A DNA stretch of 64,000 nucleotides from NCBI GenBank assembly GCA_951406725.2, contig OX597824.1, forward strand, positions 12,214,001 to 12,278,000, in the 5' to 3' direction. Source of the stretch: Octopus vulgaris. Its lineage: Eukaryota. Positions 1 to 61,645 of this stretch are shown here, one piece after another. The notes below the pieces were generated by a model. It was not told the origin of the DNA. It saw only the letters and a list, made by a program, of their open reading frames with translations, and made no database searches. Within the stretch, counting starts at the first letter, position 1. Each line of letters starts with the position of its first letter. The translations under genes were made by a program, and so were the position numbers.

Positions 1-479
1 AACAAACACAGACATGAACACACACACACACACACATACACACAAATGATGGGTTTCCACACAGCTTCCACTGACCAAATTCACTCACAAGGCAATGTTT
101 GGTCCAGGCTTGTGGTAGAAGATACTTGCCCAAAGGGCCACTCAGTGGAACTGAATCCAAAACCATGTGGTTGGAAAGCAAATTTCTTAACCATACAGCC
201 ATTCTTGTACTAGGACATACTCTGTGTCCTTGTGTCCGTGTTTGTTCCCCAACCATCGCTTGACAACCGATGTTGGTGTGTTTACAACTCCATTACTTAG
301 TGGTTCGGCAAAAGAGACTGATAGAATAAGTACTAGGTTTACAAAGAATAAGTCCCGGGGTTGATTTCTTCACCTAAAACCCTTTAAGGTCGTGCTCCAG
401 CATGGCTGCAATAAAATGACAGAAACAAGTAAAAGAATAAAAGGATATACACATACGGAGCAAGTAGATTTATGATATA

Positions 480-919
480 CTAGCAGCATAGCCCGGCGTT
501 GCCCGGGTATGTAAGAGCCCCTAGTAGGCAACGACTAATCCCAATCTAGTCCTTTCCCTCTTGGGAACGAAGGCGCATGTGCAGGTTGCAATATCTTCTC
601 TTCACTCGAATACTTCTGTGTATACGATGTTCCTAGCTGTCCCTTTGGGCGATAAAAAGGTCGAGTTGTGTCCCCTAGACAGAAAATATGTTGCATATAA
701 AAAGCTTAGATTTTTGACCCCATGTCGAATTTATCGATCTTTTTCAGAACTGGGGGAACTTTTCAAAGTTTTCGCTGCGTTAGTTTTGAATTATGACATT
801 GGGCTATGTGTGTGTCAAGTTTCATCAGAATCGGTTGAAAGCCGTGGTCAGGGTGAGGGTACAACCTGACAGACACACAGACACACAGACAGACAAACTG
901 CCGTTTATATATAGAGAGA
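480..919 (-). mobile_element. Non-autonomous Helitron-like element
   Basis: On minus strand A|TCTCTCTATATATAAA 5' end, CCCGGGCAACGCCGGG subterminal hairpin, CTAG|T 3' end; inserted between A and T with no TSD. Confidence 0.8.
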
Positions 920-1020
920 TTTAAATATGTAAAACAGTAGAAGCCATTATTATAATCATGGATATTGTTATCAAAATCAGTGGGCCCCAAACATAATCAA
1001 GATATAATTATATCTACTGC

Positions 1021-1249
1021 TTAACCCTTTAGTTACCAACCCGGCCGAAACCGGTTCTGGCTCTGAGTACAAATGTCTTGTTTTCATAAGTTTATAATTA
1101 AAATCTTCCACCAAACCTTAGCCACAATTTATGTTCCTAACAATAGCTTAATGAGAACTAATTTATTTTACTAAATTCTTTGTTATATTTAAAGTAATTG
1201 AAAAAAATCACAGAACATCTCAAAATAAATACAGTAACGAAAGGGTTAA
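1021..1249. mobile_element. TTAA-flanked piggyBac-type MITE, family A
   Basis: TTAA-CCCTTT...AAAGGG-TTAA termini; other copies at 33429-33656 and 59642-59871. Confidence 0.85.
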
Positions 1250-1452
1250 ATAGAAAACTGCAATTGGAGGGAGATTAGACTGCTATTTCTATCAGGCTGA
1301 GTGATGATGTGGAATCTCCTTCGTTAGGTCATTACAACAGAAGTTATTATATGTCCAAGTGGTACAGCCTTTGCTCTGGACAGTTAAAGGTATCGACCAA
1401 TATATGCAGATGATGTCAGCACTAGTATGGATATGATACGCAGAGAATAACT

Positions 1453-2640
1453 TTAACCCTTTCGTTACCAACCAGGCTGAAACCGGCTGGCTCTGAGTAC
1501 AAATGTCTTGTTTTCATAAGTTTTGAATTAAAATCTTAGTCGCAATTTATGTTCCTAACACTAGCTGAATGATATCTAAGTTATTTTACTAAATTCTTTG
1601 TTATATTTTAAATTAATTGAAAGAAACACAGTGCATCTCAACAGAAATATGTTAACAAAAGGGTTAAAGTCACCATGATATTTTTAACCAACCCTTCTGA
1701 TACCAACCCAGCTGAAACTGCCTCTGGCTCTGTAGTACAAATGTCTTGTTTTCATAAGTTTTGAATTAAAATCTTCCACCACACCTTAGCCACAATTTAT
1801 GTTCCTAACACTAGCTGAATGATAACTAAGTTATTTTACTAAATTCTTTGGTATATTTAAAATTAATTGAAAGAAACACAGAGCATCTCAACAGAAATAT
1901 GTTAACAAAAGGGTTAAAGTCACCATGATATTTTTAACCAACCCTTCTGATACCAACCCAGCTGAAACTGCCTCTGGCTCTGTAGTACAAATGTCTTGTT
2001 TTCATAAGTTTTGAATTAAAATCTTCCACCAAACCTTAGCCACAATTTATGTTCCTAACACTAGCTGAATGATAACTAAGTTATTTTACTAAATTCTTTG
2101 GTATATTTAAAATTAATTGAAAGAAACACAGAGCATCTCAACAGAAATATGTTAACAAAAGGGTTAAAGTCACCATGATATTTTTAACCAACCCTTCTGA
2201 TACCAACCCAGCTGAAACTGCCTCTGGCTCTGTAGTACAAATGTCTTGTTTTCATAAGTTTTGAATTAAAATCTTCCACCAAACCTTAGTCACAATTTAT
2301 GTTCCTAACACTAGCTGAATGATAACTAAGTTATTTTACTAAATTCTTTGGTATATTTAATCCTTTAGTGTTCAGATTACTCTGTCAAATGTAATGCTTT
2401 TTCATTCACATTGTTTTGAATTAATCCTGCATTATCTTGTAGCTCTGAGAATTTGATGATGTGATGGTTTATTTTGAGGATGACATTGTAGGATATGAGT
2501 GAGGGGCCAGATCTGGATGGTTTGAACATAAATGAAGTAGAAAATTTGGGCCGGATATGGCCAGTTTAAATGCCAAAGGGTTAAAGTAATTGAAAGAAAC
2601 ACAGAGCATCTCAAAATAAATACAGTAACGAAAGGGTTAA
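1453..2640. repeat. Tandem array of MITE family A (period 250 bp) with nested family-B MITE
   Basis: gggttaaagtcaccatg recurs at 1661, 1911 and 2161; last copy interrupted at 2361-2580. Confidence 0.9.
2357..2584. mobile_element. piggyBac-type MITE family B nested in a family-A copy
   Basis: TTAA duplicated at 2357-2360 and 2581-2584; host sequence resumes exactly after it. Confidence 0.9.
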
Positions 2641-3135
2641 AGTTAAGATCCATGATCCATATTACAGAAGTTGCTTGCACAGTTAAGCTTTATATTGGTA
2701 GCGAGGGTGGCAGTGCACATTTTCCAGTACCTCTTCTGCACGAGGCTTCTGGATATCCACTGAAAGAATTCACTTAAAACTGATTACCACAGCTTGTTGT
2801 TCTTTGTCTTCCTGGATTCTCACCCACAAGCCAGTGCAGGCAGCTCTCCTTGTCTTTGCTAACGAGCTCTCTTCCATCTCCCCCTCAAACAGATGGAGCA
2901 TGAAACATCTTGGCACAGCCATTTTGGTATCACTGATTTGATACTGACTTTCTCCATATCAGATATTTTAATGCTTCTCTTGTTTTCTCCCCGCTGCCCC
3001 AGAATGGTGTTTGTCTCCGTTTTGGATGAAAGATTTTCATCTAAAATGGAGACAAAACCCATTCCTCCATGTGATAGGCTTGAAAATTTCTTAGGATATT
3101 AGGATATTTTTCTTAACATGAAACCAATGATAGCC

Positions 3136-3364
3136 TTAACCCTTTAGCATTTAAACCGGCCATATCCGGCCAAAAGTATTCTGCCTGTTTTATGTTCAAA
3201 CTGGCCAGATCTGGTCTCTCAGACCAACCCTACAATATTGTTTTAAAAATTAACAGCTACCTCATCAAAATCTCATAGCTACAAGATAATGCATGATTAG
3301 TTCAAAACAATGTGGATAAAAAAGGATTAATTTTGGCAGAATAATGCGAACACTAAAGGGTTAA
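3136..3364. mobile_element. piggyBac-type MITE family B
   Basis: TTAACCCTTTAG...CTAAAGGGTTAA; further copies about 28110-28338, 30447-30673, 40919-41487 (SINE-interrupted) and 49889-50117. Confidence 0.85.
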
Positions 3365-3684
3365 TACACAAATACAGAAATTTTATCCACCATTGTGGTG
3401 GTGAGCGTTCATTCTCATTGTTCGACATTTAGGTGTATATATATATATATATATATATATATCTATCAATCTACAAACATTATTTTGAACCACTGAGCCC
3501 TAAGAAACAACAGTTGGATTTGTAATACTTTTCTTCAACACATTTAATTCTCAATATCATTTGTATTCTGTGTAAGTTGGACCTTTTTGCATGTAAACAT
3601 ATATACATATTTTGTATTTCTTGTATTTAATATACATTATATATTGATCTGTTTAACTTGCTTATCCCTACATTTACTTTATAA

Positions 3685-3738
<54 letters not shown>

Positions 3739-3742
<4 letters not shown>

Positions 3743-4069
3743 AAATAAATATTAGGGAATAAATCCAAATTTACAGGGAAAATCAGATTTAGGATTGAAT
3801 CCAATTTTATAGTAAAATATTATATAATATTAATTAGAGACAAAACCACTATTTTGCAAATCAAACAAAGAAAGACTTAATCCAATACATAAAAAATTTT
3901 AATATAAATTAAATAAAATTATATTCGCCACTACAATTGTTTCTTCTGAGAAGAGACATGAAACAATTGTAGTGGCGAATATAATTTTATTTAAATTATA
4001 TTAAAATTTTTTATGTATTGGATTAAGTCTTTCTTTGTTTGATTTGCAAAATAGTGGTTTTGTCTCTAA

Positions 4070-4082
<13 letters not shown>
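3739..4082. mobile_element. Penelope-like relic forming a 123-bp-arm palindrome inside a (TA)n tract
   Basis: Arms 3821-3943 and 3960-4082 with one mismatch; 16-nt loop; CTGAGAAG...GAAACAATTGTA hammerhead-like remnant at the apex. Confidence 0.6.
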
Positions 4083-4110
<28 letters not shown>

Positions 4111-4184
4111 GAAAAAATATAGGTACAGACATGGGTAATATTAAACAGAGACCAAAGATAAGATAAGAAAAATAGATCACATAC

Positions 4185-51455
<47,271 letters not shown>

Positions 51456-51571
51456 CTACAAATGGAAAACAAAACAAAATGAAGTGAAAAAAAAAGAGAT
51501 TTTAAAGCAATGAAACAAATTAACAAACTTGTAAGAAATTTATTTGAAAGATTGGTGTTTATATAAAACAG

Positions 51572-51603
<32 letters not shown>

Positions 51604-51758
51604 AACTCTCTTATACACATGCATGTGCACCTTCATTTTAGGATCACCACCACTTTGTTATCTCCCCTTCTCCCTAGGTCTCCTGTGTGACCCTTCTGAC
51701 TGGCCTTCGCCATGATAGATCGCTAGCTACTACACATTCTTTATTTTCTCTCCTTGTT

Positions 51759-51796
51759 TCTTTCTGTGGAAGAGCATAGGCTCGAAACGTTAAAGA
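51759..51796 (+). ncRNA. Degenerate hammerhead motif in a Penelope-like repeat
   Basis: tcttt-CTGTGGA-a-gagc atag gctc-GAAAC-GTT-aaaga; core mutated relative to CUGANGA. Confidence 0.45.
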
Positions 51797-52690
51797 CTTT
51801 TTCACTTCCCAAGTGTTATACTAATACATCTGTTTGTTGTCTACACCACCTGTCTTCATCTTTTGTTTTTTTTGTGAATTCTCCCCTAAATATATATATC
51901 CTCATCATCTTTTAACATCTGCCTTCCATTCTGGAATGGGTTGGACAGTTTGACTGGAGCTGACCATGCAGAAGACTGCACCAGACCCCTGTGTCTGTTT
52001 TACAGTTGGATGCTCTTCCTAACACCAATCACCCTGCAGAGTGGACTGAGTGCATTTTACGTGGCACCAGCACATATATACATATAGTGTCAAATTGGAC
52101 ATTAAAAATAAAAAATAACAAAACAACAAAAGACATACATATAAAATGCAATATTTTGATGCTTAGTAAAGGTGGGAAAAAGAGTGGGTTTTTTTTATGT
52201 TTTGACCACAACTCTTCATCAGAAAGAAGAGAAAGGAAAGGTCTGAAGAAGGGGTCCAGGAAAAGTATGTGAGTGATTACATGCCTGAGGTGACTGGAAG
52301 TGTGTGTAAGTGTACACACACACACACGTGGTAAGAAGTTTTTATCGTTTATGCTTAGATGTGTGATTAAGAAGATCACTTTGCAACTATATAGTTCATG
52401 GTTCAATACCACTGCATGGCACCATGGGCAAGTGTTTTCTACAATGGTCTTAGATTGACCAAGAAGCCTGTTTTATGTGTGTCTGTCTTTGTGCATGCGT
52501 TTGTCCTCCATCACGAATAGCAAAGGACAACGTTTCAGACTTCTCCCACTACAGAGCTCTGGGATGAAGACCGCTTCGCTCAACAAACAAACAAACAAAC
52601 ACCAGCTGCAAGAGTTGCCCATCCTAGAGCCACATCTGTACAAAACCATGTAGGCTCCTAGCAGAACTGAAAAGCTGCATCCATACAGCT

Positions 52691-53146
52691 CATGATTAAG
52701 AGACAATCAGGCAACGGCAGAGCTTGAAATCAGGTTACAGCCATCATGTACGTACATACATGTGTGAGCATGTATGTACGCATGATAACATGCTATGTGT
52801 ATTCATGATTAAGAGACAATCAGGCAACGGCAGAGCTTGAAATCAGGTTACAGCCATCATGTACGTACATACATTTATGAGCATGTATGTACGCATGATA
52901 ACATGCTATGTGTATTCATGATTAAGAGACAATCAGGCAACGGCAGAGCTTGAAATCAGGTTACAGCCATCATGTACGTACATACATTTATGAGCATGTA
53001 TGTACGCATGATAACATGCTATGTGTATTCATGATTAAGAGACAATCAGGCAACGGCAGAGCTTGAAATCAGGTTACAGCCATCATGTACGTACATACAT
53101 ATATGAGCATGTATGTACGCATGATAACATGCTATGTGTATTCATG
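52691..53146. repeat. 113-bp tandem repeat, 4 copies
   Basis: catgattaagagacaatcagg at 52691, 52804, 52917 and 53030. Confidence 0.93.
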
Positions 53147-53379
53147 TATGTAAATATGCATGTACGTGAGTGTATGTATGTCTCTGAAAGATATGCATAT
53201 TGTTGAGGAAAAAAAAAAAATCGATAAATTAGAGTCCAGCAAAAGTTTGTCTTGTGGGGATTTTATTCCGCTTGAATTGAACAGATTTTCTATTGTTGCT
53301 TTCGCCTCTGAAAATGCAGTGAACCATTGATTTGATTCACGAGAGATCAATAAGCAGTGATGCTAGTGTGCACAAAATG

Positions 53380-54577
53380 CATTATATACATACATGCATA
53401 TACATAAATACATATACACATGTATATACATACACACATGCCTACATATATACACATATATACACACATGCCTGCATACATACACATGTATACACACATG
53501 CATACATATACATGTATACATACATGCATACATATACATGTATACATACATGCATACATATACATGTATACATACATGCATACATACACATATGTGTACA
53601 TAATGCATATACATAAATACATATACACATACATACACACATATATACAAACATGTATATACATACACATATGTGTACATAATGCATATACATAAATACA
53701 TATACACATACATACACACATATATACAAACATGTATATACATACACATATGTGTACATAATGCATATACATAAATACATATACACATACATACACACAT
53801 ATATACAAACATGTATATACATACACATATGTGTACATAATGCATATACATAAATACATATACACATACATACACACATATATACAAACATGTATATACA
53901 TACACATATGTGTACATAATGCATATACATAAATACATATACACATACATACACACATACAAACATACACATATATACACACATGCATACATTTACATGT
54001 ATACATACATGCATACATACACACATACATACACACATACAAACATACACATATATACACACATGCATACATTTACATGTATACATACATGCATACATAC
54101 ACACATACATACACACATACAAACATACACATATATACACACATGCATACATTTACATGTATACATACATGCATACATACACACATACATACACACATAC
54201 AAACATACACATATATACACACATGCATACATTTACATGTATACATACATGCATACATACACACATACATACACACATACAAACATACACATATATACAC
54301 ACATGCATACATTTACATGTATACATACATGCATACATACACATACATATATACACACAGGCATACGTACATATACACACACAGGCATACATACACATAC
54401 ACACATGCATACATATGCAAATGCACACACACACACACACACATATATATGCATACACACACACACACACATATATATACATGCATACACACACACATAT
54501 ATATATGCATACACACACACACACATATATATATATATGCATACACACACTCACACATATATACACACATACATACA
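53380..54577. repeat. Compound CA/TA-rich minisatellite with 79-80 bp higher-order units
   Basis: Lines recur at 79-bp and then 80-bp periods. Confidence 0.9.
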
Positions 54578-56865
54578 GAGATAAAATTATAAAAAATAAC
54601 TGATAATTGTTTTATTAGAAAACAGAGCTGAATATAAATATTGCAAATGACATTGGAAAAAACCAGAAAGGTAACTTCCTAGCATCCTACAAATATATAT
54701 ATATCTTCATTTATTCATTTGTATGACTTCTATTTTTCTATGTTAGCATGTGTCGGCTGAAGACTTATTTGAGGTAGGATTTTGTGGCCAGATACTCTTC
54801 CTGTTCCTAATCCTTACCTGTTTTTCAAGTAAGGAATTTTTCATTTCATGGGTTATTTGAAAGCACAGAGCTATTGATTGAAATGTCATTGATTGTAATG
54901 TCAACAAGGTGTATAAATATCACATCATTAGCAGTAACAAGCAAAGCCTAGGTGTGTTAATATTGTGTGTGCCTGCACCCACACACACAACAATAAGCTT
55001 CTTACAATTCCAATTGACCAAATAAACTTTCAAGGCATGGCTAAGAGGTAGTGAGTTCGAATCCCAGACCGGGCTGTGTGTTGTGTTCTTGAGCAAGACA
55101 TTTTGTTTCATGTTGCTCCAGTTCACTCAGCTGTAGAAACGAGTTGTGATGTCACCGGTGCCAAGCTGTATTGGCCCCTTTGCTTTTCCCTTGGATAACA
55201 TTGATGGCTTGGCATGGAGAGAGGAGGCTGGTATGCAAGTGTTTTTTACTATATGTTTCTTTATTACCCACAAGGGGCTAAACATAGAGGGGACAAACAA
55301 AGACAGACAGACGGTTGAAGTCTATTACATTGACCCCAGTGCGAAACTGGTACTTCTTTTATTGACCCCGAAAGGATGAAAGGCAAAGTCAACCTTGGCA
55401 GAAACATAGAGGGGACAAACAAGGACAGACAAACGGATTAAGTCAATTACATCGACCCCCCCCCCAGTGCGAAACTGGTATGCATGAATGACTGTTGGTC
55501 TTCCATAAAACAGCCTTACCTGGGCTTGTACCTTGAAGGGGAATTTTCTAGGTGTAATCCCATGGTCATTCAGACCAAAAGGGGTCTTTACCCTTACCCT
55601 TTACCATCTTCGTAAAAAAAAAAAGGAAAAAAAGAAAAGAAATGACCACATCAAATAAAGTGACCCAGCATAAAGTTTTGTCAGTGAACAGGTCGCGGTC
55701 TCAAAGCGACGAAAATATTTCGACAAATTAAATTTAAATGTTGAAGAGAATCTAACAGTTTTTGTGTGTTTCTTAAATGGCTTATAAACACCTTCCAAGC
55801 TGCAATTGTTTTCGTTCCAGTACACGATCTCTGATCAAGTCACTCGCTATGCAAGTACATCTCCGTAATTACAAACATTATGTTTGAAAGAAAAAAAAAA
55901 CAAACAAACAAAAAACAGATGAGGTAGTCATGACTGGAAGCCTTTTTAATCATAAGCCTGCTGGATCAGGACCTACCTATTATAACAATAATATAGAAGT
56001 CAACACTCCAGTGGTGTTTCGTAGAACATTATGGTTGCACTTGTATACTTATGTAATTGCCAAGTATTTTCATTAACTTTTAGCAGAGTGAAAAGCTGTC
56101 AAAGTAAAGTCAGTGATGTTTATTTTAGAACAGAAGTGTGTGGATCAAGATTGATGTTAAATGGTTCGTTCTTTGTGCTGAAAATTAATTACCGATATTT
56201 TTAAATAGTTCTAGATGTAGACATAGAACAGCAGCTTACGTCTTACCTGAAGGTTAAGTCTATAAACTAGAACGTTCACTTGTAGACGCCTCCCCACTAC
56301 CCATGCCACCACCACCACCACCGCCAGCACTACTACTCACCCCCAATCAATACCTTCACCCCCCCCACTACTACTAGTGCCACTACCTTCATCACCATCA
56401 CAATAACTGCCACCACCTTCGCAACCATCATTACCGCTACCACTTTCACAAACACCACCACTGCCACCACCACTTTTGCAAACACCATCACCTTCACAAA
56501 CACCACCATCCTCTTCTTCCTCCACTACTGCTGCCACAACCATCACTACCTTCATCCTTGTCCCCCCCCTGCCACAATCACCTTCACCACCAGTGTCCAT
56601 TGCCATCACCACCATGACTACCACCATCACACCGCAGTAATGTAAACTGACTTGAGTTTAAAAGTGTCAAAGAGAATGGCGACCAGGGTCAGGAAATTAG
56701 TTTTGAAGCCAAAACGAAAATAGCACCTGACCAACATCCCATACATAACCATCAACAGACAAAACATAACTGAAATAGCACCAATCAGGCATGGCTGTGT
56801 GGTTAGCGAGTAGTTTTCAGTTCAATCTGACTGTAAGTTATTGTGGACAAGGGTTTTCTTCTATA

Positions 56866-57288
56866 TGTTTCTTTATTACCCACAAGGGGCTAAACACAGA
56901 GGGGACAAACAAGGACAGGCAAAGGGATTAAGTCGATTACATTGACCCCAGTGTGAAACTGGTACTTCTTTTATTGACCCCGAAAGGATGTAAAGCAAAG
57001 TCAACCTTGGCAGAATTTGAACTCGGGGCATAACGGCAGATGAAATACCTATTTCTTTATTAACCACAAGGGGCTAAACATAGAGGGGACAAACAAGGGC
57101 AGACAAACAGATTAAGTCGATTACATCGACCCCACTCCTCAGTGCGAAACTGGTACTTTATTTATCGACCCAGAAAGGATGAAAGACAAAGTCGACCTCG
57201 GCGGAATTTGAACTCAGAACGTAGCAGCAGATGAAATACTCCTAAGTATTTCGCCCGGCGTGCTAACGTTTCTGCCAGCTCTCCACCT
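56866..57288 (-). mobile_element. SINE family B (dimeric)
   Basis: Reverse copy with two internal units. Confidence 0.8.
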
Positions 57289-59012
57289 TTAGTGTTTTCC
57301 TCTATAGTCTTCATGTTCAGCAATGCTTGTCAAGTGGCTAATGATAGGCAGAAGTGACACAGAAGCCTGTTATATCTCTGTATCTGTCTTTCTCTCTCTC
57401 CCTCTCTCTCTCTCATTTGTCTTATCTATATTCATATATGTACGTGTGTGTGTGTGTGTGTTTTATATATGTCACTGTATCAACTATCAAATGATACACT
57501 CCACTGGTCATGTCTATCCTCACCTTGTTTACATCATGACATTTCTGTGATACAAGATCCCTATTGATCGTTTTTTTTCTTTTTTTTTTCCATTTTACGA
57601 TCCCTTTTGATCGAAAACCTACCCCACATTTTTGTTTTTGTTTTTCTCCCCAAAAAGAAAAGCTCTTTTTGTAATCTGTCCCGTCTGTGTTCAGCCCTGT
57701 GTGGCTAATAAAGAAACATATCTTCACCCTGTTTTAGCTTTTGAATGATGCTACCCTGCCGTAAAGGTTAGTAGGCCAATATTTCTCCTAAATGTGACAT
57801 CAGTCCATTGCAGTGTTACCCATTTAAAGCTGAGTGAACTAGAGTGATATGCAATGAAGTTTTAGCTAAAAAACGCAATGTACTGCTGGTTGGTAAGCAA
57901 GCTTCTTACCACACAGCCACTCCTACACCTGTGTGTGTACCTTCTTTTTGGAGATGTGTTTCAGCATAACATGAAAGCATCAGCAAGAATATTTATCAAC
58001 CTGTGCTTTCACTACTTGTAATATTTGTTCGGCCCAAGTTGCACACACAGTCCCTTGTCATTGTCATCAACATTAAATATTCAATTTAAAAACAATGAAG
58101 TGAATTGAGACAATTTTCTCAGCCCCAGAAACATGACAAAATGCTCTTTGTTGATTTGAAGGAAACATTTTTGAATTAATAATTAAATTAAATATTTTAT
58201 GAGGTAAGTTTTTCCTCTGACCAGATGATAATCTAGGAACCCAGATAGTCCCTTGCATTGCAGAGTTCCCTGTACAGATGTACCCTTAGTCTTATAACTA
58301 CAGCCATTCTTATGCTGTTGAACTAATTGTACCCCAGAGTGAAGGTGGTAGAGATGATTTAAGTTTTGATGGTGCCATACAGTAAATTACCATTGCTTTC
58401 AGAGTTTCTAGCTGGAAAACCTATAATCATTCCATCAACAGATGAGTCACCACTGCCACCATTGCCGCCACTTCTCCCACTGACAGCATCACCATTCAAA
58501 ATAATTTTCTAAGCTCTTACATTAAAAGATGTAATTAGCAAAAATCAGGTATTCTTGATATTTTAATCATGTGGTGAATTAATTAACCAACAAAATCATT
58601 TATTCGGCATGAACGAATAGCTATCGATTATACCGACGAATTTTTGTTTTTAGTTTTGCTTCTAAATTTTATATCACAAATTAGAAGGAACAACGGTGCT
58701 GCTGATTGGTTAGTTTACAACTTTCCAAACGGCCCAGTCACTGAATTTTATGATGGTAACAATGTCAAGGGATTGTCTGCACAACTCCTGCAGAACAAAC
58801 ATCTCAGGCACTGAAAGCATTCTGAGAATGCCACCTTTGACAGTGTTACATCCAGTCTAGAAGGAGATTTATCCTTCTTTTCTGCCCTATTAGCCCTTTT
58901 TCTTCATCTAAAGGTGAATTAGGTAACATTTTGGGCCAGGTCCCATCACCAGTCTCAGAGAGCTCTTGATTCCTATCTGATTAAAAATAACTGAAAATAA
59001 TATGTATACACA

Positions 59013-59432
59013 TAGGCGTAGGAGTGGCTGTGTGTTAAGTATAGGCATAGGAGTGGCTGTGTGGTGAGTAGCTTGTTTACCAACCACATGGTTCCAGGTT
59101 CAGTCCCACTGCGCGGAACCTTGGGCAACTGTGTCTTCTACTATAGCCTCAGGCCGACCAAAGCCTTGTGAGTGGATTTGGTAGACAGAAACTGAAAGAA
59201 GCCCATAGTATATATGTATGTATGTGTGTGTGTGTGTGTGTTTGTGTGTCTGTGTTTGTCCCTCCAACATCACTTGACAACCGATGCTGGTGTGTTAATG
59301 TCCCTGTAACTTAGCAGAGACTGATAGAATAAGTACTAGGCTTACAAAGAATAAATCCTGAGGTCGATTTGCTTGACTAAAGGCGGTGCTCCCACATGGC
59401 CACAGTCAAATGACTGAAACAAGTAAAAGAGT
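59013..59432 (+). mobile_element. SINE family A with a 29-bp duplication of its 5' head
   Basis: taggc(g/a)taggagtggctgtgtg occurs twice in tandem at the start. Confidence 0.8.
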
Positions 59433-59641
59433 ATACTTGATTGTTTTGTTTTTTTTTTGTGTGTGTTATAGTCTGTCCAATTAAGGGTAATTTTGGGGTT
59501 TAGACAATACTGAATTTTTGCAAGGGTGCAAATTTGGTGGGAGCATAAAGTTCATTAAATCAACCCAACTACTTGGTCAGTATTTATAATCCTATAAAGA
59601 TGAAGGGTAAAGTGAACTTTGATGAGATCTGAAGTTAGTAC

Positions 59642-59871
59642 TTAACCCTTTCGTTACTGTATTTATTTAGAGACGCTCTGTGTTTCTTTCAATTACTTTA
59701 AATATAAACAAAGAATTTAGTAAAATAACTTAGTTATCATTCAGCTAGTGTTAGGAATATAAATTGTGACAAAGGTTTGGTGGAAGATTTTAATTCAAAA
59801 CTTATGAAAACAAGACATTTGTACTACAGAGCCAGAGCCGGTTTCAGCCGGGTTGGTAAGGAAAGGGTTAA
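59642..59871. mobile_element. piggyBac-type MITE family A
   Basis: Reverse-complement match to 1021-1249 with TTAA ends. Confidence 0.85.
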
Positions 59872-60779
59872 AGGAATGCAACCAAATACTGTAAAATGCT
59901 TTCTACCTATTTGGCCAGACAAAAAAAGCAGTGGATTGAATGAAACCAAAAGTAGGTTAAATATAGCTGTATCTTGCCTGTTAATCTACTGAGCAAACCG
60001 TTCTCTGATTAAATGAACTCATTAGAAAACTAATTACTTCCCACCTCATCAACAGACAGTAGAAGAAGACAGATAAAAATAAAGTTTGGGCAGGGTAGCT
60101 ATCAGGTTTACTAAACAGGAACTAACAGGCTACCTGACAATTCTCAGATAAAACAGCTGAATATTTTGTATAGCTTTTTAAGGACAAACTATTACAGCAG
60201 GAAAAGTGGTAGGTAAGCAGAATCATGGGATAAAGTTTCCTGCATATATGGAATTTTATCTGATATAAGAATATCTTCCCATGCCAAGTAAAACCTACAT
60301 ATTCTATAAAATTCTAAGATGTCTTCATTGTATAGTCTGCAAATTCTCTGGTTTTGATTATCCTCTGAAGACTTCTGTCATAATAAATAAATAAATAAAT
60401 GAATAAATAAATAGATTCTTTTGTTTTCCAGCTAAATGACGATAATTTCATTAAGATGCTGGAATATTTCCATATTTCTTTATTTACACATCAGAATATT
60501 TCCATTTTAGGTAGGTTTTTCTTTTGCCAATTTGGCTTGATAGCAGCACGATTCATAAAGCAAAACTAGCAAGTCACGTGACCTTAGCTGATGTACTATA
60601 CACACACACACACACACACACACACAAAACCATTTACTACCTTTTTCCCCCCAGTCTCATTATCACAGTATACATTTCTTGCACAGATTGCCAAATTCCA
60701 TAATCTTAAAGTTGATAGAGAGGAAACAGCAAAATAAAACTTTAGATTTGCAAAATGTTGCAGCCCAATTTTATCCATT

Positions 60780-61497
<718 letters not shown>

Positions 61498-61607
61498 CAC
61501 ATAAGGGACATTAGCCATTTGAATGTGGCTAGGGACAGGGCAGGGCGGTGGGGGTGTTACTGATTGGAGCAGTTACTGTCTATATCTCGTTTAGAGAATT
61601 ATTATTG

Positions 61608-61645
<38 letters not shown>

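Noticed and set aside
1-4184. Search for the next calpain exons (linker and penta-EF-hand)
   Set aside because: No convincing exon found by eye; presumed to lie left of the window, though a very short exon could have been missed.
55680-55720. gtcgc...gcgac-GAAA stem resembling a hammerhead
   Set aside because: No recognisable CUGANGA or stem I; at most a decayed repeat motif.
56247-56630. Gly/Val-rich ORF with a strong CAG|gtaaga donor nearby, as a possible calpain N-terminal exon
   Set aside because: Degenerate (GGT)n low complexity; stops occur before the donor and there is no calpain motif.
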